A stretch of 64,000 nt of DNA from Octopus bimaculoides (taxonomy: Eukaryota): contig NC_068981.1 in assembly GCF_001194135.2 (NCBI RefSeq), positions 177,108,744 through 177,172,743 of the forward strand, in the 5' to 3' direction. Below the pieces are notes generated by a model. That model did not search any database, was not told where the DNA came from, and was given only the letters and a program-made list of their open reading frames with translations. The position numbers were made by a program, and so were the translations under genes. This document shows positions 11,528 to 24,499 of the stretch, piece by piece. Positions within the stretch are counted from its first letter, which is position 1. Each line of letters opens with the position of its first letter.

Positions 11528-13049
11528 GTAAGTGAACTTTTTGGTTTCTTTTTTTTTTTCTGTGTCTTACTCAAAACTAAAGGCATCTTTTTATCTTCTA
11601 TATTGTATGTTGAAAAATAGTACTTTCAACCATGTAACAAACATCCTTGTATTAGCTGGTCATCTGAATAGATGCATGTGTCAATATATTGTGAATTGTT
11701 ATGATACTGCATTGCATTTATATGAAAGGAAACATTTGAAGAGTTGTAAAATCAGTAAATCATCAATCAGGTTTCATCATCATTTTCAATTTGTAACACA
11801 TTAGCAAACAATGATCTACACTCATTATGGAGTTGGCTTCAATGTGATGTATGTGTAATAAATAAATATATATATATTTTTGTGTACATATTTGTGCATA
11901 TATTTATATATAAATACATGTGTGTGTGTATCCATATATGTATGTGTGTATATACATACATATATATAGATAGGTAAATATATGAGTATGTATGTCTGTG
12001 TGTATGTATGATCAATGAAAATGCTGGTGGAGATCCCACCAAGTACCATGAAAACCCACTCTGACAATTTCCAGCTACACGTGCGCGCATGTGTGTGTGT
12101 GTGTGTGTGTCAACTTCCAATCAGCCAAAAATAATGTTAAAACAAAGCCATGTGAGATTTTGAGTCAATTTGATGTCTGAATCTTGATTACAAACAGGAA
12201 GTGTGTTTTGTTTTGTACATAACATAAATTATGTGATGTGGAAAACTAAAAGAACCACTTTATGCATGTCAAGTACACACAGAAAACGAGTAAAGAAATA
12301 GAAAAAAAACAGTGGGAATAGATAATAAAGATTATAAATTGAATAAATGTGATAACGAGTAATAAGAATGAAAATAAGGAATTTATGTTAAAACCCATGT
12401 AAATACGAATAGAATTAGACTTAACTCAGTTCTATATCACCTGAAAGTGGTGTGGAACTGTATGTAATATATAGTGGGCAGAAGTGATTTTGTTGATATT
12501 ACGACAAAAATACTGATGAAATAGTGATAGTTCACTAAAATCATAGATTCTTGTGAAAATATCATATAACAATTTTTCTAGTGAGCTTTTGATATCAAAT
12601 TCATGAGATTCTAAATGAATTGTATATTTTTAAGGAGTTCCAAAAATATTAAAGAAACTTTACTTGTGCACTTTCAGTATATTCAGCTTGTTGTTGATAG
12701 GACAAGTTTCTTCACTCTTTTGTTACTATATTTTTAACCAAAATACACCCATTATGTGTTTCAATTAAATTGTAAAATAATTAGGAAATTAGACTGGTTT
12801 CATAAAACAACTCATTTTTTGCTTATCAACATATTGTGATTTTTGAAATTCAGTTTAACAGAAGGTTCATAAATAAATCTGTTGTGTAATTGTTGTCGCA
12901 AAGTGAATCTAATTTCTACAAGTAAATTCAATAAAACATTAAGTTATTTATGTTTTGTTGGACTGTTACCATAGAAAATAAGTTATTAGCTAATATTCAA
13001 TTGGGTATAACAACAAAATTTTAATATAGAAGAATTGTGCACATTGCTG

Positions 13050-13370
13050 GATTGGTTTGGTTCTCTGTCTGTTACAAGGCTGAGTGTTTCATCAACAGAA
13101 CAACTTGTTTGTGAAATTAACCTGCAAGAGGCTGAGTACTCCACAGACACATGTACCCTTAACGTGGTTCTCAGAGAGATTCAGCATGACACTGATTGTG
13201 ATGAAGCTGGCTCTTTGAATTGCAGACAGAACTCATTTTTGCCAGCTGAGTCGAGTGGAGCAATGAGAAAATCTGTGTCTTGCTCAAAGACAACAACACA
13301 TTGCCAAGAATCAAACTCACAGCTTTATGATCACAAGCTGAATACCCTAACCACTAAGCTACGCACCTTC
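13050..13370 (-). mobile_element. tRNA-derived SINE nested in the piggyBac
   Basis: rc head aggtgcgtagcttagtggttagggtattc...gagtttgattc (A/B boxes), then ctttgagcaagacac...ccactcgactcagctggc central domain. This explains the spurious ORF 13035-13409. Confidence 0.75.
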
Positions 13371-14146
13371 TCTGGATTATCAGTTGCACATAAGACAGGT
13401 GTATCATAATGGTAAAATAGACAAAAATAATGGAATTTATCCTTGAAGAAAACTTGAAAATGAAACCTATACACCATCAAGTAAATGAAATAAACTCATA
13501 TATATGCATAAATACACAGAAATATGTGCAATAATGATTCACAATACAAATGAATCAAAATTTGTTTCTCACTTTACAGGTAAATGCAAAATTAAAAAGT
13601 AAATCTGAAAAAAAAAACATTTATAAAATAAAATTATATATATATATAAATAATAGAAACTTGTAAAGTGCCCCACTCTATATAATGCAACCTTGCAGAA
13701 GGCATATTAGAAAGTCATTTCAAGTGATTGTCCACTGGGATCTTTCCTTTTCTCATGTAGGTAATCCCAGCAATTTTTTGCTGTCATCAATTTTTTTTTT
13801 TTTTGTCTTATAGAGAGTTTGGATGAATTCAGAGGGATGGCAAATTTTAGCTTTTCTCTCAATTATTTTCTTGGACATATAACCTGCCCTCAACTGTGTT
13901 GTTACACCTGCTCAGAACTGCAGATGGTTGCATTGCTTTCAATCTCCTGATTTGGTATGTAATAAAAATGCATTAACAATACTCATTTTTACTATATACC
14001 AAACCAGATGTTAGGCAGTCTACCAATCGGCTAATAGCTCATCATTTGATTCAGCCAAGTTACACCACCCGTGTACCTTTTATATTTGAGGTTCACACAT
14101 GTGCACAAGTAGATAAGAAATTGACTTGCCTCTTATCTCCATGCAG

Positions 14147-14532
14147 TTACTCTTTTACTTGTTTCAGTCATTTGATTGTGGTCATGCTGGAGCACCACCT
14201 TTAGTCGAGAAAATCGACCCCAGGACTTATTCTTTCTAAGCCTAGTACTTATTCTATCGATCCCTTTTGCCGAACCACTAAGTTGCAGGGACGTAATCAC
14301 ACCAGCATCGGTTGTCGAGCGATGTTGGGGAGACAAACACAGACACACAAACACACATATACATATACATATATACCACTGGCTTCTTTCAGTTTCCATC
14401 TGCTAAATCCACTCACAAGGCTTTGGTCAGCCCAAGGCTATAGTAGAAATCACTTGCCCAAGGTGCCACACAGTGGGACTGAACCCAGAACCATGTGGTT
14501 GGTAAGCAAGCTACTTACCACACAGCCACTCC
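14147..14532 (-). mobile_element. Full-length tRNA/CORE-type SINE (OR2-like) inserted in the piggyBac ORF
   Basis: rc: ggagtggctgtgtggtaag...ggttcagtccc...ggcaccttgggcaagtg (CORE-like)...gactgaaacaagtaaaagagtaa. It splits the transposase remnant. Confidence 0.88.
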
Positions 14533-15861
14533 CGATTTCCTTTCTGTTGTTGGATTATTTCCCTTTTTTATATCTAACTGCAGTCCCTTTCTTCTTTCAA
14601 CCACTGTAGCACATCTATATACTGCCACAGCTTCTAAATCCACTGCAAGTTTGACTGAACTGAAAAACTATTCAAAAAATGACATACAGCCCTGGTTATG
14701 GTATGGAAGTGATAATTTCCAGATCACATTGTGCTCTAGGTCATGCTATCTTACATTACTGTCTCTTTTTGTAATATAAAAATTGATTCCATAGCAGTTC
14801 CCAATATTTCCCAACATTCACCTCACGAATCTTATAAACTTTGATTTCCCATTTTGTGGTTTTTCTTGGCACATGCTGTCAGAAATGTGCCTAACCTTTA
14901 TAACCCACCATACTTTCATAAAGGGATAAGTGTCTATCAGGCTTATCAAACATTTTGTATGTGTTCTAAGCCCTATCAATGAGGGGATTTATTTTAAATA
15001 AGGGATCAAAATTCGTCTCCCCACATACTGCTGTACTGCTTGTGTCTCTTATATGCAAATACTGTGATAATTAAAAAAAACCATGTTCTTGTCATGGTAT
15101 TGAAACGTACTGATCTCTGAAAGGTTCATAATTACTCCAGTAGTTTGTAATCCTGAGTAGATTCTTTAATACACATGATATTAACAGTAAAAAATTCTTG
15201 GATTTCTTCCAGTTATGTGGGTGACCACAAACTGTCTTTTTTACCTCTTTGTTTATGTTCTGTGTAATGATTTTGTTTCTGCGGTTATTGTTTCAAAGAA
15301 GGGGGGGGGGGAAATGCCTAATAGTTTTGTTTCTTTGAAAGACTGTTACTTGGTCCAATTTCTTCAAAACAATAATGAAAAACAGTTTTTAAATTTTCAC
15401 TCCATTCAGATACAAATTTGCTTTCTTTATCTCTAATGGAGCTGTTGTCATAATCACATGTTTCACTTTTGGAAATCAAAATATCCAATTCACACAGATG
15501 GTTTTTTTGCTCATTATATATTTCTTAGAAATTTTCATGTCTTCTCTCAAAAATTTTTAAAATTCAGATTTGTTGCTTGAGAACTTAAAACTCATATCCA
15601 TTTTCTGAAATAAAAAAAATTCAGAAATTGATTTATTATAATGTGAAATAAAAAATTTTCAAAAATTCACATGTCAAATAATGTTGGACACTGTTACTTA
15701 ATTTGTTTAAATAGTGAAACCACGTGTTTGCATGAATGTACTGTGATTCACACGGAAATTCTCATTTAAATACAAATTGGTTATCTTGGGTGGTTTTAGG
15801 TGAGTTGGTAACATAAGCTAAAAAAAATTCTTGGGTGGGCTTAATAATGAAAGGGTTAAGA

Positions 15862-17700
15862 TAAACTTATTTAGTTAACAGTATTTTGAAATTGGTTCAT
15901 TTCTTGAATTTGACAACTTGATAAAGAGCTATCAAGAAAGACCTTCTCACTGCTACATCAGTGGCATATACACAATCTTTCCGAATATGGTTTGTTGAAT
16001 TTTACTACTGACCATAGAATTCTACTTGTAGACATACTCTCATTTTTAGTTACCAATATATTGTGAGAGGGAAGTTGTATTTCTTCTTTCTGGACTCCTG
16101 AAAAAATGTTTGTGTTGTGCTAGCACAGTGCGTCAACTCTTTGCTGGAACATTTGTTATTTCAAGGACAAAGTTAATGTGGTGATTACTATGTAGTTGGA
16201 AAGCTGAAGGTATACTGTTGTGGTAATTTATTTTGTTGACACTATTAATTAAAGCTTTGGTGTAACTAGTGCATCTGTAGCTAACTTTTAAAGTTTTTGT
16301 TGAAAATCTTACAGTACTTATAACCAATAGGGAAGTGTCTCTGTACCAGATTCAAAAAGTTTCTAGCGGTGTTAGTAGTGCCACCTAGAATAATGGTGGC
16401 TGTTAAACCAGGTAATACTACACTTGCAATTTTTTTGTTGTTTTTGCAAAATATTATTAGGTGGTATATATTTCTCAAAATAAAAAAAAAGTCACTCTCT
16501 TTCAATGCATTGCTATAACATGGGTTACCCAGTTGAAAATTTCTTCATCTGATAAAATAGCAGAAATCCATGGCTAATGTTGCTTACAAAATTCTTTAAT
16601 ACTTATTAATAGATGACTAGAGTATTTGATGCACACAAATTTCTCATTGGCCTTCCTGTAGGGCAATGTTTTTCTGTACTTGAGCCTAATGTAATGTCTA
16701 AAAATTAACTACAATTTATAGTGTAGTAATTCTTAAACTTAATTCTTTGAATGGTCTTTTCTTAGTTTATCCAACTGATTGTTATTCATATGGCTTGAAA
16801 TTAAGAAGCTGTAATCTTGAGAAAGTCTATGCAGCTGGTTTTCTTCCTCAAGGAATCTAACATGTAATCCCACTTGTCTACTGGCCTCAGCCACATCATA
16901 CAGTCCTGCAGTGACACCAGGTAGCTCCTTGCTATTGTTTCACTCAAATGCTATCTTCAAAGAATAGTAAGAGTTTTAGATATGCTTGATATCAATTTCA
17001 AGATTACTAATGGAGATCAATTTCTTGCTGAACTCTAAAGAATTGAGTAGATAAAGCTTTTAAGATACAAGGTAGAACTCAATTTCATCAAATTGGATAA
17101 ATTTTCAATTATGTTTACTATTTATTTGGATAAACCAATTAAGGACATAAAGGTAAATTTATGCCTTGACAAATTTTAATGATAATTACATCTAAGATGT
17201 GCTTGTTTGCAATAGCTAGTTCACTCTTCGCTCCAAAAATTATGATTGGGATCCATAGGGGGTTTCCCTGAGTGCTAAGCTGTAACATCTGGGTTTGATT
17301 TTCTGCATTTGATTGTAATGTTGTTAGAAAGAAGCCTGGAGCATGAGGCATGTCCATCTCATAAAGGGATTTTTACTATGACAGTATGAACAATTTTTTT
17401 TTCTTTGAGCATTTGAATGTTTTTGTATTATTATTTTTTTGGTTTTTTAAATGTTCTTGAATGGTGTGTGAATGTAATAATTTCAAATAGTCCATTTTCA
17501 AAACCCACCTAAAATGTCTTCTGGGAGAATAGATTTCTAGTCTTAAGACAATATTTTATTAGTTAGAGCCATCTGCAGAGTTATCAATGAAGTATCATTT
17601 CCAGCATGTTTTCTTTATTAGGTCTTTTGGGATTTTTTTTTTTTTGTTATTCTTTTTCTTATTACGCATTTCAGATATGCTTTCTTAGACATGATAGGGA
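15862..17700 (-). mobile_element. Penelope-like retroelement (RT and GIY-YIG), degenerate; family 1
   Basis: Minus-strand remnants KSELAIANKHILD, GLYDVAE...VGL, DITLGSST...RP, NFLNLVQRHFP...KIFNK, TLKVSYRC, NTTSLSQYI, SEKVFLI and RNE.ISK, in the colinear order of PLE ORFs. Confidence 0.85.
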
Positions 17701-18509
17701 ATGTTTTGTACTTAATGTGGTACCAGGTATTGGAACCTTGTCAGTAAAAAGGTTCCCTGTTTGTGAAGAATACACAACATTAACTGGGTTAATGTATCCT
17801 TGTTAATACAAATGAAAGGAAATGGTACCCAATACATAACCGTTAACTTTAATGATAACAATGGGGGAAAGAACTTGGTTTTCAACAGTTATTTACTCTG
17901 AGCTTCACATTATCAAAAAACATTTCGTTTTTAACTGTTTGACATTTGATGAAATTATGTGGGCGGCCAGCGGGCCAGGCAGACTACAACTGATTTAAAC
18001 ATAGGAAGGAGAAGTAGCTAATTAAATGAAAACAAGGAGACTTTAATCAGAGAGGGGGAGTGGAGTTATAGGTGAGGTGTTGCATGAGTGACATTATAGT
18101 AGTGAATGGGTAGCGACAGTGGAATAGAAGCAAGTGTTGAACAGGAAAAGATCTGGAAGTAATTAATTTTACTGAATGGTGATGGAGCATGGTGAGGGAA
18201 GATTTTCTCTGATCCCAAGAAACCTCATGTACCAACATCTAACTGTATTGAGTGCACTTTCTCCTACTCATATGTATGCGTATACATGATAGAAAATACA
18301 TATGGTGCATTGGTGGACATTATGTATAATACTGTTAAAATATTAAATGAATGAAATAATAAAGCCAAAGAGTAAAATTTTTAATAACAGATTTTGATAT
18401 TTTGGCATGAGAAAGCCTTTATCAAAATTCATAACATCTATGCCTGCACCTTATGTATACACGCACGCCCAAACCTGCTTACATACAGACATTTATACAC
18501 ACACACACA

Positions 18510-19250
18510 CATCGTCATCATTGTTTTGTTTAACATCCCTCTTTTATGCTGACATGTGTTGGATGGTTTGACAGAATCTTATGAGCCAAAGGATCACGCT
18601 AAGCTCCAGTATCTGTTATGGCATGGTTTCTATGGCTGGATGTTGCCCTAATACCAAACACTTTACATGCCAAACATTTTCATGGTATTGATACAAGTGA
18701 GGTTACCATATAACTCACAAGACAAGACCCCTCAATTGAGTGAGGGTTTAGTATTGAGAGAGGAGGCTTTGTGCCAGATATTGAGAAATTAAAGTGTAAC
18801 AGAAGGACAGGAACATGTGTCTTGTTGTGGAAGAGATAGATAGCTACCTCAGCTGGAAAGGGAGAAGAGAGATCATGGTGATGAGGTGTCAGGGTGTACC
18901 CTCAAGTTACAAGAAGGTGAATATAAGAGAGAATAGTTTGAGAGGATCAGACAGAGTGGATGGGTTCATGAGAGTGTGAAAGGAGAGTGACAGGTGGTTA
19001 GAGATGGGGACAGAGGTGAAAGCAGTGAACAGGGAACACAGTTGCTGGCATGGTCACTGATGAATAATGGTCAGGTGGAAGTGAAAGTAAGAGGAGTAGG
19101 TCAAGGAAATGGAGAGGATATGTCACAGGATAAAATACAGGAGAGAGTAGAGAGCAACAATATAATAAAACCATGAAGTGTGGAGGGTGAGAAAGGAATG
19201 CACAGTGACAGAGACAGCAGTCAGAGGTGGGAGAAAATAGATAGTATTTG
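18510..19250 (-). mobile_element. RTE LINE long 3' UTR fragment
   Basis: catcgtcatcatt tail and gctccagtatctg...ggcatgg..tctat.gctggatg motifs shared with 19309-19640. Confidence 0.6.
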
Positions 19251-19308
19251 TGGGATTTTGATTTACTGTCAGGTGACTTTTGACCAACCCTGTATATAGT
19301 AGTTATTT

Positions 19309-20640
19309 ATCATCATTTAACATCCCTGATTTCATGCTGGCTTGGGTTGGGAAGATCCACTGGACCCAAAGACTTCATTATGCTCCAGTATCTGCTTTGG
19401 CATGATCTCTACAGCTGGATGCCCTTCCTAATGCCAACCAGTTTCCAGCATGTACTGGGTGCTTTTTTGTGCTACTAGTACTAGTGAGGTCATTGTGCAG
19501 CTTGCAAGATTATGAAACCTGAGGCAGGAGATGGGGGTAGCTTTATGCCAAGAGATGAGGTGCAAAAGTATGAGAGTAGGAGTGATGAGCAAGTCCTTAT
19601 CGAGGATCTATATGGTTATTCACATTTAGAAGAGAGAATGAGATTGCTCAGCAAAAGCTGCAAAGGGATAAAATATAAACAGTGGTGATTAGGCAGCCAG
19701 GTGACTCCACAAGGTATGAGGGAATCGAGGTGAGTGGGGACAGAAGAACCAGGGGTGTGGGCTGGGATTTGCAAAGAGTGTATGGGAAGCAAAAGTTAGA
19801 GGTAGGCAGCAACTGTAAAGATTGGTTAGGGTTCAAGGGTGGATATAGAGAGTAATGTATAAGGGGTAGGATGACCAAAGGGTGTAGAAGAGAGATGGGA
19901 AAGTTGCAGGGTAATATGAGTAAAGAAGATACAGTTGGCAGGGAGGAGCACAAGTGAGAGATAACATGTAATTGGGTAGGCTGCAGAAGTTGAGAGACAG
20001 GAGCTGGTGTAGCGCATGAAGAGAGATAATTTAATGATTCAGTAGGGGGAGATGAGAGCAAATGATCAATGTGATTTGTGGGCAACAGCTAACAAGTAAA
20101 AAACGGTTCCAGGTAGCAAGAAAAACAAAGAGAATGGTAGTGAGAGAGATCATGAGTGGGTGGTTGAGGTGGGAATATCAGGAGATTGGATAAGGTACCC
20201 ATTTGTGTATATATGTACATGCAGTGCTTCCAAGTCACTTCTAGAGAGATGGGTCTTCTCCAGGCCTTCATATCATCAGACATCATCCTGGTCCTTTGTC
20301 ATCCCCTCCATGACACTCAGGGTTCTGAGGTCAGCCTTCATCATCATATCATCCTGGGTCCTCTTCCAAAAGTTCTAGCCATATTAAGTGATTTACGCTT
20401 CTTTCTACGGCTGTCCTCATCCATATGCATCACATGTCCATATGAGTGCAGTCTTCTTTCTTGTGCACTACATCTGATTCTTCTCATGCCCAGCTTTTCT
20501 CTCTGCACATTTATACTAAGTCATTCATACACACCCAACGTTCTTTCCAGTCTTCCCATATCCTCTGCATTCAAGGATCACATCTCTCTATCAGTTCCAA
20601 CACATGCATCATACAATCTGCTCTTCACTCTCTGGGAAAA
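19309..20640 (-). mobile_element. RTE LINE 3' end (ORF C-terminus plus about 0.9-kb 3' UTR and (TGA)n tail)
   Basis: Minus-strand REKLGMRRIRCSAQERRLHSYGHVMHMDEDS...GRGPR...WRRPI, the RTE C-terminal R.RL.W.GHV.RM...GRP motif; the UTR ends in the ggcatccagctgtaga / gttaaatgatga tail. Confidence 0.8.
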
Positions 20641-20666
20641 CACATTTGTTGCCAGTGACATATATA

Positions 20667-20832
20667 TAGGTGTAGGCGTCGGTGTGTGGTAAGAAGTTTG
20701 CTTCACAACCACAAGGTTATGGCTTCAGTTCAACTATGTGGAACCTTGGGCAAGTGTCTTCTACTATAACTCCAGGCCAACCAAAGCCTTGTGAAATGAT
20801 CTGGTGTACAGAAGTTAAAAGAAACCCATTGT

Positions 20833-20880
<48 letters not shown>
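20667..20880 (+). mobile_element. CORE-type SINE 5' half ending in (CA)n
   Basis: gtgtggtaagaagtttgct...ggaaccttgggcaagtgtcttctactata...ccaaagccttgtg. Confidence 0.8.
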
Positions 20881-20881
<1 letters not shown>

Positions 20882-21544
20882 TATGTAGGGTGGAAGGAAA
20901 ATAAAAAGCACCTTCTGAAGTAAGCAGTTTATATGTGCAAAATTTCAAAGACAGTCCTTGCAATAGTTCATGTTTGATCATAGCTATGTTCTATGTCAGT
21001 GCATTGTTCATTCTCTCTAATGCTGAACAGTTAGTTTTGTTTTGTTTTTTCTTGAGCTTTTGTAGCTGTTACCAAATATGAAAGAAAGTGAAAGAAGTAT
21101 TTCTGGACTGTATCCAACCCTTAACAGTTGCATATAATTATTTGGTTGTGGTAATAGATGGTATGACACTATAATGTTTCATTGTTGTTGTGTGTTTGTG
21201 TATATGAGTATTGAGATTTTTGTATCATTTAGGTTTACTTATCTTCACTGTTCAAAAATCAAGCCCTTATCAGAAGCGAAATAGTATTTTCAACTCTTAT
21301 ACTCAGTTTTTTAATAATCATACGTTATGTGGCTATGTTTGGTGTGGTACCATGAGACTTGGAAAAAAGACAATTACATAACCATCACTCCCAGATGAGT
21401 ATGACCAAGAATCGTATACCATGTTTTTGGTAATTGTATTAGGTGTCTAAGTAGTTGTGAGCAGACACAGATACTTTCTTGGCGCCCCCCACCAGACACA
21501 CGAAAATGTATTTTTACATATTGATGCACAGATGTGTATGTATA

Positions 21545-21580
<36 letters not shown>

Positions 21581-21589
21581 GTTGGAATT

Positions 21590-22955
21590 TATAAAAAAAA
21601 AAAAACCAAAAGACGAAGACAGGTGTGTAAACAACAAACAGATGTATTAGTTTAATGCTCAGGAAGTGAGAAAGTCTTTTATGTTTCGAGCCTATGCTCT
21701 TCAACAGAAAGGGACACAGAGATAAGCACAGAGAGAGAGAGAAAAAAAAAAAGGTTTAGTGGCTAGCGATCAATCATGGCGAAGGCCGGACAGAGGTGGT
21801 CAAACAGGAGAGCTAGGAGGAAGGGGAGATAAAAAAAGAAGTGGTGATCCCAAAACGAAGGTGTGCGTGCATGTGTATGTGCGTGTGCATAAGGGCTGGT
21901 AACCTTGACATGTGCGTGTGTGAATGATGGTGTGGGTGCTGGGAAGTGGTCAGTGCTAGTGTGTGCAGGGTGGTGTGGTATGGTGGTGTGTGGTAGTATT
22001 GAGGTGTGGGAGAAGCAAGGGTGGGGTGGGGCATGTGGGTAGGAGTGAAGAGAGGAAGTAGATGTCAGAGCAAGAAAGGAGAGGTGGGTAGGAGTGAAGG
22101 GAGGAAGAGAGGAGGGGGTTAGATGAAGTGGGGAGGAGAGTTGAGCCCATGTGGCACAAAGGAGCAAAGAGAGAAGATTAATTCCTGTTCACAGTGAAGA
22201 CGGGAGTCTGAATGGCCCCTGTGCAAGGACAATCTGAACACAGACAGGTGTTGTAAAGAATGACTGGTAGAGCAGAAATGGCACGAGACCGGGGTGTCAT
22301 TGCTGAGTCTGATATCTCAGAGGTGTTCTGCAAATGGTCAGCCATGTGGCATCCCGTTTGATCAATGTACAGAGAAGGACAGAGAGAGCAGGAGATGCAG
22401 TAGATGACGTTGCTAGAAGTGCAGGTGAAAGAGTCAGTGATATGATAGGGTCGATGATGGGTGCCAGTGTGGATGGTGGTGTTGGAGAGGTAAGGGCAAA
22501 TGCGGCAGTGTGGGCAGAAGTAGGGTAACGAGCTGGGTTGGGAGGTTGGGTTAGGGAAGAAACTGTGAACCAGGAGGTCACATAGGTTGTGGGCTCGTTT
22601 GAAGGAGGGGAGAGGTCGGTTGCGGAAGATATGTGAAGTGGAAGGGTCAGACTGGTGTTGCCAGGTGGCTCAGAGAATGGTGCATTGGAAGGGTGGAGGA
22701 GTGGTAGGTGAGGGGAGACGGATGATGGTGGGGCAGATGCACGGTCCACGGAACATGCTCTGGCAAGGGCAGTATGGAAAGATTGGACAAAAGAGAGGAA
22801 GATGTCTAGTTCGCAGGAGAGTGAGGTCGCACTGATACAGTCATCAATACAATGATCATATAGTTTGGGAGTGGGACCATTGAAACTTGAGAATATTTGG
22901 GACTCAATGTAGCCAATGAACAGGTTCACATAGTTGGGGCCCATTCTCATTCCTA
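21590..22955 (-). mobile_element. 5'-truncated Penelope-like element, family 2 (RT C-terminal part, GIY-YIG, 3' repeat)
   Basis: Minus-strand GMRMGPNYVNLFIGYIE...HCIDDCI (RT motifs 4-5) and DSFTCTSSNVIYCISCSLCPSLYI.QTG..ADH (GIY-YIG); downstream repeat region with a hammerhead-like motif. Confidence 0.88.
21676..21711 (-). ncRNA. Minimal type-I hammerhead ribozyme-like motif (variant, probably decayed)
   Basis: rc: cttt-CTGTTGA-A-gagc(atag)gctc-GAAAC-ATA-aaag. Stem I cttt/aaag, 4-bp stem II and GAAAC; deviates from CUGANGA at A6 and has AUA at the cleavage triplet. Confidence 0.55.
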
Positions 22956-23904
22956 TGGTCATATATATAAATGTGTGTGTCTCTGTGTACACAGTATTTA
23001 AATATGAACTACTAATAGTTTCATACACATACACACAGAGGATTTAAATATTTAAGTGTGAGCAACTATGTTTCATACTTCTGATAGTATGATAGTCAGA
23101 TGAGCTAGTATAGCACATTGTGTATTATCAATCATTCAGGCTCAAAATACAAATGGCTGCTCTCTGAGAAAATTCAAGAAAGAACAGAAGAAAAGTAAAT
23201 TAAAAGGAACCAAACAAAAACGTATGGAAGGAAGGAAGAAAAGAGTTCTGTCCTTTTGATTTGTTAGAATAGGAATTAGCATAGTTTGGTGTGATTGAGT
23301 TGACAGGGAAAGGTTAATATTTGTGAGACTCTCTGCTTAATCTAGAGAGAGAGGTATTCTCTAATTTTATCATGGAAACTTATCCAGATGCTTGCATTTA
23401 GTGAACATTTTGGATCTAGAATTCAATAGGTCAGTGGAATTCTTAGATTTAAAAAAGATATGAATTCTTTCAGCTATTACCAAGCCTGCATTTCCTTGAG
23501 CAATTAGTGTATGGAATGCATCATACTACAATGCTCCACTTGATGGTTTGTAGGGTATTGTTGGCCTTCAAATGCCAGATATGGCTAGCTCACTTAGTGA
23601 TTTCCTTATCTACATATCAGAAAGAAAACCTGTGGTTGGCATATCTTTTTATAAAGTCACTTTCACATAGACCAATATATTCCTTTTGTGTATTATAATT
23701 TCATTCAACTTAGGTGATCTCAACTTCATAAACCACCAAGACTAGTTGAGTGGGCAAGTGTCTGTGTCTCTACAGTTATATTTTGGAGTAGGTGCCTGAT
23801 GTGATTTATGTGTAATAATATTTTTCATACTGAGGCAGCAGCTGTAAGAAACATTCACTGAGTGTCTATTAAAGATGTTCTTATGCCTATAGCTATCCAG
23901 GAAA

Positions 23905-24018
23905 TTCTTATCTATCAAATTTACTCAGGGCTGTAGTAGAAGAAGCTGGTCATGCAGTGGGTCTAAACCTAAGACCATGTGATTGAGAAGCAAATTTCCT
24001 AACCACAAAGCCATGCCT
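23905..24018 (-). mobile_element. Degenerate SINE head fragment
   Basis: gaccatgtgattgagaagcaaatttcctaaccacaaagccatgcct matches the rc of the CORE-type SINE head. Confidence 0.6.
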
Positions 24019-24499
24019 TTGGTACGTTTGAGTAATGAAGGATTGCTTTGGACTTTTTAGTATCTGATTCATCTCTTCTGTACACCTGTACTGCTCGCCA
24101 TCACTTTCCTGTCCTTCTGATCACTTCTCATTTAACATCCATCACTTCTCTTATCAGTTAATATTACCTTCCTTTCATTGCCATACCACACACACACACA
24201 CACACTTCTCTGTTTTATCAGCATTTACTCTATCTCTATTTCTCACCATTCACCACTTGCTGTCACTCTTACTAGCAAAATGATTATATGCATAGATACA
24301 CACATGCACATACAAACATATATACATCATGATGCTTGAGTATTGAGGGATTGTGTTTGATCTGATTACATCTGATGCACCCATTTCCCTCTCTCTCTCT
24401 TGCAAACATTCAGCCATCATAAGCGTCTTTCCCCTATCATAATGCCTGATTAAAGAGGGTTTGCATTTGATATTAAACACTGCCCCAGCCTCACCCTAG

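Larger units (their letters stand above)
12711..15859 (-). mobile_element. Fossil near full-length piggyBac transposon with two SINE insertions
   Basis: Minus-strand remnants DPLFKINPLIDRA, RHLSLYESMVGYKG.AHF.QHVPRKTTKWEIK, LPYHNQGC.SFFE.FFSSVKLA, DKRQVNFLST, YTGGV...NQMMSY and a Cys-rich tail. The 5' end ttaaccctttc (rc of 15849-15859) is clear; the other end (ttcactcttttgttact, 12711) is degenerate. Net size is about 2.45 kb without the SINEs. Confidence 0.85.

Noticed and set aside
13035-13409. 124-aa ORF
   Set aside because: It is the antisense reading of a tRNA-derived SINE.
19263-19294. Tc1/mariner-like TIR (rc tacagggttggtcaaaagtcacc)
   Set aside because: No partner TIR or transposase found nearby; at most a solo end.
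19648-20085. 145-aa Ser/Pro/Leu-rich minus-strand ORF
   Set aside because: A compositional by-product of the CT-rich RTE 3' UTR.
23055-23110. Second hammerhead-like pattern near the 5' end of PLE family 2
   Set aside because: The core reads CTGACTA and stem I cannot be formed.
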